Shown: positions 9,491-18,485 of the stretch, one piece after another | Layout of the letters: the number at the start of each line of letters is the position of its first letter | Numbering within the stretch: position 1 is the stretch's first letter | Sequence record: SRR31156797_3844 | Length of the DNA: 54,638 nucleotides | Reading direction: 5' to 3' (one strand) | The notes under the pieces: model-generated | Told to the model about the DNA's origin: nothing | What the model saw: only the letters and a program-made list of their open reading frames with translations | The model's database searches: none | Made by a program: the position numbers and the translations under genes

Positions 9491-10459
9491 CTAGTTGTTC
9501 ATCGCATAAGTAAAATCGACATGATAAGTTTTATCCAGGACATCCAAAATAAAATCAATACTATGCTTATGAAATGTAGCTGTTAGTTTAGCCTCATCAA
9601 TATTAAAGGTTTCCGGATAAGATATGGAGATATGATATGCATCTTCAATTATACCTAAAGCCTTACTTAGTTCCTCATTTTTAAAAACAATTTCTTTCGT
9701 TTTCCATGCCAGGTAATTATCATTTAATACCTTCTCCTTGGCAAAAGAATGTTGAGTTAAATTAAAAATTGCTTTTTCTCCAGCTTTCACAACAAGCTTA
9801 TTATTGGCATCATTTACACTTGATATTTCCACAACACCTGAGCTTACATTAACTTCATTAAACCCTGATCCTGAAGTGGATTTTACATTAAACGAAGTTC
9901 CCAACACTTTAATTTTCATTCCATTTGTAAGAATAACAAAAGGCTTATTTTTATTTGGTGTTATATCAAAAAAAGCTTCTCCTTCTAATTTCACTTCTCT
10001 TATCTCATTCCCAAACTGACTATCATAAGCCAACCTTGCTTTATAGTTTAAATCAACAACAGAACCATCTTTTAGCTCTACTTTTTTAAGCACATCCTTA
10101 CTATCTGACTCTACTAAATACTGATCTACATTATTTATTCCTTTGGGATAAAGGAAAAACACAACTGCCAAAATAATTGCCGCTACTGCTGCTACATAAA
10201 CAGATTGCTTGATATTTAAAACTGCATATTTAGGTTTAGTCATTCTGGATTTCACCTTTCCCCAGGCTTTATCAACATCAACCGTTTCATTTACCAATGC
10301 ATGATCCACCTGCTTTAATTCATTCATTATTTTTTCCCACTCCTGTTTATTTTCCGGATACCTTAACCATTGCTCAAAGCATTCCTGCTCCTGCCTATCT
10401 GCCTCGTCGGCATATACTTTAGCAGCCAATTCCCAGTTTATGTTTTTATCTGCATTCAT
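9491..10459 (-). CDS. FecR-family anti-sigma factor
   Basis: N-terminal anti-sigma helix (FEQWL), single TM, LKDGSVVDLN, REVKLEGEAFFDI, KVLGTSFNV, AWKTKEIVF. ATG at 10459 preferred over TTG at 10468. Confidence 0.9.
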   Translation of the reverse strand: MNADKNINWELAAKVYADEADRQEQECFEQWLRYPENKQEWEKIMNELKQVDHALVNETVDVDKAWGKVKSRMTKPKYAVLNIKQSVYVAAVAAIILAVVFFLYPKGINNVDQYLVESDSKDVLKKVELKDGSVVDLNYKARLAYDSQFGNEIREVKLEGEAFFDITPNKNKPFVILTNGMKIKVLGTSFNVKSTSGSGFNEVNVSSGVVEISSVNDANNKLVVKAGEKAIFNLTQHSFAKEKVLNDNYLAWKTKEIVFKNEELSKALGIIEDAYHISISYPETFNIDEAKLTATFHKHSIDFILDVLDKTYHVDFTYAMNN

Positions 10460-10500
10460 CTTATTCAATACAATTTATAGTATTATCCTCATCATTAAAC

Positions 10501-11067
10501 TTACCAAAGCATATGATAGATTTGCTTTTTTAATTCTAACAGATGCTCTCGAAGAAATTTTAAGGCTTTTCCCATTTGCACCTCCACTGTTTTAGGAGAA
10601 ATATTCAACATTTCAGCAATTTCACGATATTTAAGACCATCCAGGCGATTTAGTTTAAAAATTTTTCTTCTTTGCTCGGGCAGAAGGTTAATAATTTTAT
10701 GAATCCGCTCCATTACTCCGGTATCTGAATAATCAACACGCACAACAAGCTCCTCCTCTCCTATAGTTTTTTGAAGAAAGCGTTCGTGCTTCACTCTCTT
10801 TAGTTCATTATGACAAGTATTTCTTACAGCAATGAACAAATAGGCTTTTAAGGAATGAATGTCATACTTACCCTTGTTTTCCCAGAGCTTAACAAACACA
10901 TTTTGCACTATACTTTCAGCCAAATCAATATCATGAACAAAAGATTTTGCAACAGTTGTTAAATACACATAATGTGTTTTAAACACTTGCTCAAAAGCTT
11001 GTTCATCTCCCTTTTTTATTCTCGAGAAAATAAATTGGTCGCTATATTCTTTGCTTGTTTGCCGCAT
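10501..11067 (-). CDS. ECF RNA polymerase sigma-70 factor (FecI-like, Bacteroidota expansion type)
   Basis: GDEQAFEQVF, AESIVQNVFVKLW, LKAYLFIAVRN, LPEQRRKIFKLNRLDGLKYREIAEMLNISPKTVEVQMGKALKFLR. Confidence 0.95.
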   Translation of the reverse strand: MRQTSKEYSDQFIFSRIKKGDEQAFEQVFKTHYVYLTTVAKSFVHDIDLAESIVQNVFVKLWENKGKYDIHSLKAYLFIAVRNTCHNELKRVKHERFLQKTIGEEELVVRVDYSDTGVMERIHKIINLLPEQRRKIFKLNRLDGLKYREIAEMLNISPKTVEVQMGKALKFLREHLLELKKQIYHMLW

Positions 11068-11091
11068 TCAATATGTCACCTTTTGTAATTA

Positions 11092-11121
11092 TAAGACAAG
11101 ATAAACCATATTTTACCCTTA
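11092..11121 (-). promoter_or_regulatory. Candidate ECF-sigma (autoregulatory) promoter TAAGGGTA-N14-TTGTCTT
   Basis: Bipartite motif about 25 nt upstream of the sigma ATG. A similar motif (TACGTGTA-N13-TTGTCAT) lies at 7586-7613 before the ACP-like gene. Confidence 0.4.
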
Positions 11122-11140
11122 TCCTAAATTACATTTTCTG

Positions 11141-12721
11141 CTACAATTTAAATGTAACAACAACGGCAGCATGATCTGAAGGAAATATCTGAGTAGTTGA
11201 ATCGATCACAGTTGCATTGATCGCTTTTAAGGTTTTACCTTTATAAAAGATGAAATCTATCCTATCCTGGTAGCCTTCTTTAAACAGTGGAGAATAGGTG
11301 TTCCCGCTATGCAATGTTTCATCCGGCCACATTTCGCGATAAGCATCAATAAAACCCTTTTGCATTACTTTTTGGGTGGCAGGAAATGGAATTTCTTTTT
11401 GATATTTATTCTGCTTATTTCTTAAGGTCCAATCAAGATGTGAGCCACTATTAAAATCTCCAGCCAAAATAACCGCATTGGTTCTCATGTCATTGTTCAG
11501 CCGATCTAACTCACTTAAAATAAAAGTAGCTTCATTTGCTCGCGTATCATTTTCAATATCTATAATTGTATCCGTGGACATCAAGTTATTCATTAACAAG
11601 CCGTTAATATTAGGTTGAAAATTTAACCAAACAGGGCAAACCAGGAGTGATGTTTCATCATTAACAAGAACCTCTACTCCGCCAGAATTCATAGGCTTAT
11701 AAATATTGTAATGTTTGCCGAGCGGAAATCGACTTATCAAACACAGGTTCTCACTTCTTCTGTATAAATAATAGTCTAATTTATCTGCAATATATTCACC
11801 AGATCCGAACTCTTCCTGTAATGCAACAATATCAACCTGATGCTTTTTTATATTATCAGCAATGATATTTAAACCCACTGTTTTTCCCATCTGTTGCCCG
11901 CCATTCCAGATATTCCAGGTCATTACTCTTATAGAATCACTTCCCTCAGGAACCGAAGCTAATCGCTCCTTTTTTATATACGAATATGCTTCTCTAAACT
12001 GAGCATCTTCTAGCTTTTTTGACCATACGCCCACCTCATCAATTAAGCCGTTAAAAGTATCTTTGGTATAATCGCGAGAAGCCGGGTCGCACCCGATGAA
12101 TAAATTATAATCAGCATCAAAACTTTGAATCCCTTCCAAACTTAAAACACCAACCTGTTTTCCGTCGAAAAAAGTACGCGCCATCTGTTCATGCTTATCC
12201 ATCAAAAAACCTAATTGATGCCATTTTCCATCATTAATCCTCTGACGCTGAGGCGTAGCTTTGTATTTTTGATAATGATAACCATCAGAAACCTCAAACT
12301 GCCAGGCTCCATCCGAAGTTGAAGATATAATCCATCCACTTTCTGCACTTGTATTCAATCCTTTATTACCGGCAATACCATATGCCTCACTATCGCCTTT
12401 GTCCATTTTTACCCAGACAATCACAGAAAAAGATTGCTGTTCCTGTGGTATAAAATTGCCTTTAGTATTCATTACAACAGGTTTCCGATGCAAGGAATGA
12501 ATACTTAGATCAAGGGCTGAATCCTGAATTCCGGCAGCATAAGACATCTTTTGATTTCCGAATACCTTAAATGACTCAATTCCATTTGAAGTATTGATGC
12601 CATTAAAACTAAAGTATATTAATGGGACAGAAGGATTTTGAGGGGCAGGCTCAAAGAACTGACATGAAGTCATTGCCAGCAAGCCAATAACCAACCAAAT
12701 ATTTTTAATAAAATGTAGCAT
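11141..12721 (-). CDS. Lipoprotein with LamG/concanavalin-like domain and endonuclease/exonuclease/phosphatase (EEP) domain
   Basis: Lipobox LLAMTSC; LamG motifs (SFSVIVWVK, DGKWHQLGF, FNGLIDEVGVWSKKL); EEP motifs RVMTWNIW, IVALQE, LAGDFNS, DRIDFIFY, PSDHAAV. ATG at 12721 preferred. Confidence 0.85.
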   Translation of the reverse strand: MLHFIKNIWLVIGLLAMTSCQFFEPAPQNPSVPLIYFSFNGINTSNGIESFKVFGNQKMSYAAGIQDSALDLSIHSLHRKPVVMNTKGNFIPQEQQSFSVIVWVKMDKGDSEAYGIAGNKGLNTSAESGWIISSTSDGAWQFEVSDGYHYQKYKATPQRQRINDGKWHQLGFLMDKHEQMARTFFDGKQVGVLSLEGIQSFDADYNLFIGCDPASRDYTKDTFNGLIDEVGVWSKKLEDAQFREAYSYIKKERLASVPEGSDSIRVMTWNIWNGGQQMGKTVGLNIIADNIKKHQVDIVALQEEFGSGEYIADKLDYYLYRRSENLCLISRFPLGKHYNIYKPMNSGGVEVLVNDETSLLVCPVWLNFQPNINGLLMNNLMSTDTIIDIENDTRANEATFILSELDRLNNDMRTNAVILAGDFNSGSHLDWTLRNKQNKYQKEIPFPATQKVMQKGFIDAYREMWPDETLHSGNTYSPLFKEGYQDRIDFIFYKGKTLKAINATVIDSTTQIFPSDHAAVVVTFKL

Positions 12722-12861
12722 CAAAGAAATAATGTGCAAGGTATTTTCGATTGTTCGAGTAAATTACAAATAAAGTTTCATAATAGAGTAACTATTTACC
12801 ATTCTTCTAATTTCTTAACATTAGATTCTTTTAATAAAAAAAACCATCTTTGGCTATCAAA

Positions 12862-14337
12862 ATGAATAGAATGCGTTGTTTTATTATCTTTTTACTCGGA
12901 GTTATTTGTCTGAAAAACTCATTTGCACAAACACCTTCTGTTGAATTGCGAGGTGCCTGGATTGCCACTGTGGCTAACATCGATTGGCCTTCATCTACTC
13001 AGCTGAAAGCTAAAATGCAGAAAAAAGAGATTATTGAAGCATTAGACTTTTACCAGGATCACAACTTTAATACGGTTTTCTTACAAGTGCGACCAAGTTC
13101 AGGCACTTTCTATCCTTCTAAATTAGAACCATGGTCGAGATACTTAACAGGTGAACAAGGAAAAAGGCCGGGCTACAATCCTTTAAAAATATGGATTAAA
13201 GAAGCGCACAAAAGAAACATAGAAATACACGCCTGGATTAACCCATACCGAATAACCAATTCTCCAACGCAACAATTACACAAAAACCATCCGGTACTAT
13301 TACATCCGGAATGGATAATTAACTATGGTGGTAAAAAATATTTTAACCCGGGAATCAAAGAATGCAAAAATCATATTATAAACATTGTACAGGAAATAGT
13401 GAGTAACTATCAGGTAGACGGCATTCATTTTGACGATTATTTTTACCCTTACCCCATTGCCGGTAAAGCTTTCCCTGACTCTGTCACTTATATGCCATCC
13501 CAAAATCAGTTTCCCGACATTGGTGACTGGAGAAGAAACAATGTTAACAAAACCATTAAAGACTTAAATCTGGCAATCAAAAAAATAAACCCAAATATTA
13601 AATTTGGCATTAGTCCTTTTGGAGTATGGCGAAATCAAAGCAGTGACGAAAGAGGCTCGTTGACAAATGCAGGAATTACAAACTATGATGATTTGTATGC
13701 GGACGTATTACTTTGGATAGAAAAGGGCTGGATTGATTATCTGACTCCGCAGCTTTACTGGAGTACAGAAAATAAAGCCGTTCCGTTTGAACATCTTACA
13801 CAATGGTGGTCGGATCAGGCATGCGAACGCTCTATTTTTATCGGGCATGCCTTGTATAAAAACAATGCCAATAAACCCGAATGGCAAGATGCTTCTCAAC
13901 TTCCTCTACAAATAGATATTGTAAGAAAAACCCCAAAGGCAAGCGGAAATGTTTTTTTTAGTCATAAGCATTTTTCTAAAAACGAACTGGGATTTACCGA
14001 TACTTTGAAAAACCATTTATATAAATACCCGGCACTTATTCCTCCAATGCCATGGATTAATAACTCTGCACCTAAAGCTCCTTATGAATTAGAAATAAAA
14101 AAAGAACAGCTTAGATGGAAACACGAGGGCTCTAAAACAGATGATATAAAATTTGCCATTTACCTGATTAAGCAGGCCGGCATTAGACAACTCATTAAAA
14201 TAACGCAAAAAAATAAAATCCCTATTCTGGATATCATAGCAAACGAAAAGGATATTTATGGTATTCAGATTACCGCGCTAAACCATACAAATAATGAAAG
14301 TATAGGATCTGAGATCATGTCACTTGTATTGAACTAG
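12862..14337 (+). CDS. Glycoside hydrolase-like family 10 (GHL10, YddW/DigH-like) protein
   Basis: ELRGAWIATVANIDWPS, FLQVRP, HAWINPYR, DGIHFDDYFYPYP, FGISPFGVW, WIDYLTPQLYW; signal peptide. Confidence 0.9.
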   Translation: MNRMRCFIIFLLGVICLKNSFAQTPSVELRGAWIATVANIDWPSSTQLKAKMQKKEIIEALDFYQDHNFNTVFLQVRPSSGTFYPSKLEPWSRYLTGEQGKRPGYNPLKIWIKEAHKRNIEIHAWINPYRITNSPTQQLHKNHPVLLHPEWIINYGGKKYFNPGIKECKNHIINIVQEIVSNYQVDGIHFDDYFYPYPIAGKAFPDSVTYMPSQNQFPDIGDWRRNNVNKTIKDLNLAIKKINPNIKFGISPFGVWRNQSSDERGSLTNAGITNYDDLYADVLLWIEKGWIDYLTPQLYWSTENKAVPFEHLTQWWSDQACERSIFIGHALYKNNANKPEWQDASQLPLQIDIVRKTPKASGNVFFSHKHFSKNELGFTDTLKNHLYKYPALIPPMPWINNSAPKAPYELEIKKEQLRWKHEGSKTDDIKFAIYLIKQAGIRQLIKITQKNKIPILDIIANEKDIYGIQITALNHTNNESIGSEIMSLVLN

Positions 14338-14379
14338 TGATTTTTAATTCTTACTTTAAACAACATAAAACACATTATC

Positions 14380-15393
14380 ATGAAAAAATTCCTAATCACC
14401 ATTCTCGCTGTTATTGTTATAGCTGTTGGAGCCTTTTGTATCTGGCTGGCCACTCTGGATGGAAGTTATGATGTAAAAAGATCAATTACCGTAAATAAAG
14501 CGAATGGAGAAGTTTTTGGACTCGTAAAGGATTTCAATCAATGGACAAGCTGGTCGCCTTGGTTATGCATGGAACCTGATGCTAAGGTGGATGTTACCGG
14601 AAATGGAGCAAGCGTTGGTGATTCTTACACCTGGGAAGGTGAATTGGTTGGTTCGGGAATTATGAAGCACGAAAATATTAGTGAAGGCAAAACCATAGAT
14701 CAAAGCATTCACTTTTTAAAACCCTACGAATCCAAATCGAACGTGTACTGGGAGTTTAATAATGTAAACGATTCAGTAACTGAAGTAACATGGGGAATGA
14801 AAGGCGAAATGCCTTTTATGATGCGCTTTATGGCCAAAATGATGGATCCAATGATTGGAATGGATTTCGAGCGTGGATTAAAAATGATTAAAGATTTAGC
14901 TGAGAAAGGTTATGTGGCATCTAAAATTGAGATTATTGGAATTGTGGACGCCCCTTCTGTTTCGTATATCGGCGAAAAAACCAACTGCACCATGGACGAA
15001 GTAGGCAATACCATGAAAGCTTCTATAACTAAGCTTACCTCCTATGCTGCCGAAAAAAGTTTAAGTTACGATAAGGTTTTCAGTATCTATCACACATTTG
15101 ATTTTGTAGAAAAAAACTGCGAGTACACCACAGCACTACCTATTGAAGACAGCCTGACTGTAGAAGCTCCTTTTTACACAGGAAAAATTCCTGTTAGCAA
15201 AGCCTTAAAAATAAAATTTACCGGTGATTACGAACATATTTCAAACGCCTGGGCTGCCGGAATGAGTTACTTACAAACGCATAAGGTGAAAGAAAATGAT
15301 AAAATTGCACCTTACGAGGTATATTTAACCAGTCCTGAATTAGAACCTGACGAAAGAAAATGGATCAGCGAAGTGTATATTCCGATTAAATAA
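14380..15393 (+). CDS. SRPBCC (polyketide cyclase-like) + GyrI-like small-molecule-binding protein
   Basis: N-terminal TM; YDVKRSITV...W..WSPW...MIGMDFERGLKMIKDLAE (SRPBCC); GDYEHISNAW...PYEVYLTSP...WISEVYIPIK (GyrI-like). Confidence 0.85.
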   Translation: MKKFLITILAVIVIAVGAFCIWLATLDGSYDVKRSITVNKANGEVFGLVKDFNQWTSWSPWLCMEPDAKVDVTGNGASVGDSYTWEGELVGSGIMKHENISEGKTIDQSIHFLKPYESKSNVYWEFNNVNDSVTEVTWGMKGEMPFMMRFMAKMMDPMIGMDFERGLKMIKDLAEKGYVASKIEIIGIVDAPSVSYIGEKTNCTMDEVGNTMKASITKLTSYAAEKSLSYDKVFSIYHTFDFVEKNCEYTTALPIEDSLTVEAPFYTGKIPVSKALKIKFTGDYEHISNAWAAGMSYLQTHKVKENDKIAPYEVYLTSPELEPDERKWISEVYIPIK

Positions 15394-15416
15394 ACGATAT
15401 CGCTTTACCGTATAAA

Positions 15417-15457
15417 AAACAAGTCGCACTAAACAAAGTGTGGCTTGTTTCGTTTTT
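15417..15457 (+). terminator. Hairpin/terminator after the SRPBCC-GyrI gene
   Basis: AAACAAGTCGCACT / AGTGTGGCTTGTTT stem with G-U pairs, followed by CGTTTTT. Confidence 0.6.
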
Positions 15458-15472
15458 AAGCAAAACATTACC

Positions 15473-16135
15473 ATGGCAAGAAAAAGAAAAGAACTATTTC
15501 CTCATCACGTTAACGGCGTTACAGAAATAACACCGGGATATTTTACCGTTTCATTCGAAAAAAAATATGATTTTATTCCGGGACAAGTAGTTGCTGTATC
15601 CTTAAACGAAAAAGATGACCCAAGACTTTACAGCGTTTGCAGTGGAAATCAGGAAAATGAAATGCGAATTTTGTTTGATGTAAAACCGGATGGGCTCCTC
15701 ACTCCTCCCCTTTCCCAAGTTAATGTCGGTGATGTATTATTGGTTTCAGAACCATTTGGAAAATTTGTGTCTTCCGGCCAAAAGGAATGGTGGATTGCCA
15801 CTGGTACAGGAATTGCCCCATTTATTTCTATGCTACAATCCAATCAGTCCAAACCAGAAAAAGTGTTGCACGGCTCCAGAACCTTAATCAATTTTTTATT
15901 TCAGGATTATTTAGCCGATACGCTTGAAGATAAATACATGCGATTTTGCACTTCAGAAAACAGCCCTGAGGTAATTGAAGGAAGATTAACCCATTGGTTA
16001 AAATCGCAAGAACAATTGCCTGCCGATGTTAAATATTATTTATGCGGTAATCCGGAAATGGTAGTAGAAGTGAGAGATATTTTACTCAACAAAGGTGTTG
16101 ACTTTGAAAGCATCATGGCCGAAATTTATTTTTAA
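15473..16135 (+). CDS. Ferredoxin-NADP reductase-like FAD/NAD(P)-binding oxidoreductase
   Basis: FIPGQ, RLYSVCS, WIATGTGIAPF, YLCGNPEMV and an aromatic C-terminus EIYF. ATG at 15473 chosen because the GTG at 15440 lies inside a hairpin. Confidence 0.85.
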   Translation: MARKRKELFPHHVNGVTEITPGYFTVSFEKKYDFIPGQVVAVSLNEKDDPRLYSVCSGNQENEMRILFDVKPDGLLTPPLSQVNVGDVLLVSEPFGKFVSSGQKEWWIATGTGIAPFISMLQSNQSKPEKVLHGSRTLINFLFQDYLADTLEDKYMRFCTSENSPEVIEGRLTHWLKSQEQLPADVKYYLCGNPEMVVEVRDILLNKGVDFESIMAEIYF

Positions 16136-16231
16136 GTCACTATCTGAAAGTTTAAATATCTAATAACATAAACGAATCATCAAGCTTTATATAGTAGAGA
16201 AATATAGAGGTGTACTAACTTTTAATTACAA

Positions 16232-16759
16232 TTAAGATTCAGTTTTGAGCTTTCTCTTAATTTTTCGTTCAAACTTACTTACCTCCATCTTTCTACCTTT
16301 ATAATTTCTAAACCTCCTAAATAAGAAAAAATCCAATTGTGAAAAACAAGTATATTGCACATAATAACCTAGTTTAACTTTGTTATAGAATACATAAGGT
16401 GATAATGATAAATTACTATCTAAGCCAAAATAATAGGTACTATTAAGCTGCAAGTCCATAAATATATTTTCAAAACCATCTTGATATATTTCATCTTTTT
16501 TATAGCGTATAGTATTTACAATGATTGTATCTCCAATATTCTTTTTAAAATTCTCCTTGACTAACAAAACCAAATTAATGGTATGATAACCGAAAGAGGA
16601 ATCATACCAAACTCTTTTTTCAATAACTTTTGCCTTTAAATAATAAGTATAATCATGCATAACCTTAAACAACGGAGGAGAAACCCTTCTTCCACTTGTT
16701 GCATTTACTTTTAAAACAATTACAAAAAACAGAAACACATATACTAGTATTTTTCTCAT
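16232..16759 (-). CDS. Hypothetical secreted protein (very AT-rich, basic)
   Basis: Signal-peptide-like MRKILVYVFLFFVIVLKVNA from the ATG at 16759; fills the gap between flanking genes; no family recognised with confidence. Confidence 0.55.
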   Translation of the reverse strand: MRKILVYVFLFFVIVLKVNATSGRRVSPPLFKVMHDYTYYLKAKVIEKRVWYDSSFGYHTINLVLLVKENFKKNIGDTIIVNTIRYKKDEIYQDGFENIFMDLQLNSTYYFGLDSNLSLSPYVFYNKVKLGYYVQYTCFSQLDFFLFRRFRNYKGRKMEVSKFERKIKRKLKTES

Positions 16760-16939
16760 CCCTTTATTTCTAATGATCACTTATTTTATATATATCCATT
16801 GTTTAAACTTAGTAATCCAAGATTAATCTATACCATAAGTATAAGGTAAAACTAATTAAATTAACCATACTCAAAAGTATAAGTCTAACATAACCCAAAA
16901 CAGCTTACCGAAAAGTAAAATAACTCATTCGTAAATTAT

Positions 16940-16947
16940 TACCTTTG
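16940..16947 (+). promoter_or_regulatory. Bacteroidota -7 promoter element (TACCTTTG) of rlmN
   Basis: Exact TAnnTTTG about 35 nt upstream of the ATG at 16983. Confidence 0.65.
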
Positions 16948-16982
16948 CCAACAAATTAAAATGTTTGCAGAAATTGTTGAAG

Positions 16983-18029
16983 ATGGATAAAGAAGCCTTA
17001 TTTGGAAAAACATTAGAGGAGTTAAAAAGCATTGTTAAGGAATTGGGTTTTCCGGCCTTCACTGCTAAGCAAATAGCAGATTGGTTATACAAAAAGAAGA
17101 TAGCCAATATTGATGATATGCTGAATATCTCAAAAAAGAACCGGGAGCTTTTAAAAAGCAAATATACGATTGGTCTTTCTGCATTTGATAATGTTCAGGA
17201 ATCAGTTGATGGTACAAAAAAGTATTTGTTCCACACCGAAAATGTAAATCAATTTATCGAATCGGCTTATATCCCTTCTGAAAACAGAAAAACACTTTGT
17301 GTCAGTTCGCAGGTAGGCTGTAAAATGGGATGCCTGTTTTGCATGACCGGCAAACAAGGTTTTCAGAAAAATCTGACTGCGGGTCAAATATTAAATCAAA
17401 TGGTTAGCATTAGCGAAAGCGATGAACTAACCAACCTGGTTTATATGGGAATGGGCGAACCTATGGACAATATTAACGAGGTATTAAAAAGCCTTGAAAT
17501 TATTACTGCAGAATGGGGTTTTGCCTGGAGTCCTCGTCGTGTTAATATATCCACCATTGGTGTTATTCCGGCTATGAGACAGTTTATTGAAGAAAGCGAA
17601 TGTCATTTAGCCATAAGTATGCACAGCCCTTATAACGATCAGCGTAAAGAACTAATGCCTATCGAAAATGTATATCCGATAGAACAGGTCATTGAAACGC
17701 TAAAGGAATATGATTTTGGTCGTCAAAGAAGAATATCCTTTGAGTACATTATGTTTGAAGGAGTAAATGATTCTATTGAACATGCTAAAGAATTAGTGCG
17801 TTTAGTTGATGGCTTAAAATCGAGGGTAAACCTGATTAAATTCCACCCAATTCCTGATACGCCCTTAAATGGATCATCTCATGAAACTATGGAAAGATTT
17901 AAGGAAGTATTGGAGAAAAAAGGCGTTATCACAACCATTCGAAAATCGCGTGGCGAAGATATTTATGCTGCGTGTGGTTTATTAAGTACAAAGAAACTTT
18001 TAAAAGAGGATACCGAAAAAGATTTTTAG
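16983..18029 (+). CDS. rlmN: 23S rRNA (adenine2503-C2)-methyltransferase RlmN (radical SAM)
   Basis: DGTKKYLF, CVSSQVGCKMGCLFCMTG, MGMGEP, VNLIKFHP, RGEDIYAACGLL. Confidence 0.97.
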   Translation: MDKEALFGKTLEELKSIVKELGFPAFTAKQIADWLYKKKIANIDDMLNISKKNRELLKSKYTIGLSAFDNVQESVDGTKKYLFHTENVNQFIESAYIPSENRKTLCVSSQVGCKMGCLFCMTGKQGFQKNLTAGQILNQMVSISESDELTNLVYMGMGEPMDNINEVLKSLEIITAEWGFAWSPRRVNISTIGVIPAMRQFIEESECHLAISMHSPYNDQRKELMPIENVYPIEQVIETLKEYDFGRQRRISFEYIMFEGVNDSIEHAKELVRLVDGLKSRVNLIKFHPIPDTPLNGSSHETMERFKEVLEKKGVITTIRKSRGEDIYAACGLLSTKKLLKEDTEKDF

Positions 18030-18095
18030 GTTTCCGTTGACATCCACACTTTTATGTGGTATATTCATATTAAGTTAATCAAACTAATTATTAAT

Positions 18096-18416
18096 ATGCT
18101 AAAATTAATTTTGTGTGGAAATGTTGGAAACGACGCCACAGTAAAGGAAACCGAAACCAACAAAGTAATTAATTTTGACGTTGCCGTTTCGAAAAATTAC
18201 AAAAATTCAAAAGGCGAAAAAGTTGAAAAAACCGAATGGGTTAGAGCCGTTATGTGGAGAGGAAAAGATGCCGACACTAAATTTGCCGATTACATTAAAA
18301 AAGGCAAAAAGGTATTAATAGAAGGAGAACCTCACAGTTCAGGCTACAAAAGTAAAAGTGGAGAAATCCAATCGACCCTTAACGTTACTGTAAAAGATCT
18401 TGAATTTTTAAATTAG
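18096..18416 (+). CDS. ssb: Single-stranded DNA-binding protein, short form without acidic C-terminal tail
   Basis: LCGNVGNDA, VINFDVAVS..YKN..GEKVEKTEW, YIKKGKKVLIEG; ends at DLEFLN; 106 aa from the ATG at 18096. Confidence 0.85.
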   Translation: MLKLILCGNVGNDATVKETETNKVINFDVAVSKNYKNSKGEKVEKTEWVRAVMWRGKDADTKFADYIKKGKKVLIEGEPHSSGYKSKSGEIQSTLNVTVKDLEFLN

Positions 18417-18434
18417 TTCTACTAAACACAAATT

Positions 18435-18462
18435 AAAACCGACATTTTCTGTCGGTTTTTTT
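18435..18462 (+). terminator. Rho-independent terminator after ssb
   Basis: Stem AAAACCGACA / TGTCGGTTTT followed by a T-run; overlaps a TATTTTTG -7 element (18462-18469) for the next gene. Confidence 0.85.
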
Positions 18463-18485
18463 ATTTTTGCTCAAAACATACACAA

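Noticed and set aside
18054-18416. ssb as a sign of a prophage or conjugative element
   Set aside because: The neighbours are rlmN and a lipoprotein; no phage or transfer genes are nearby.
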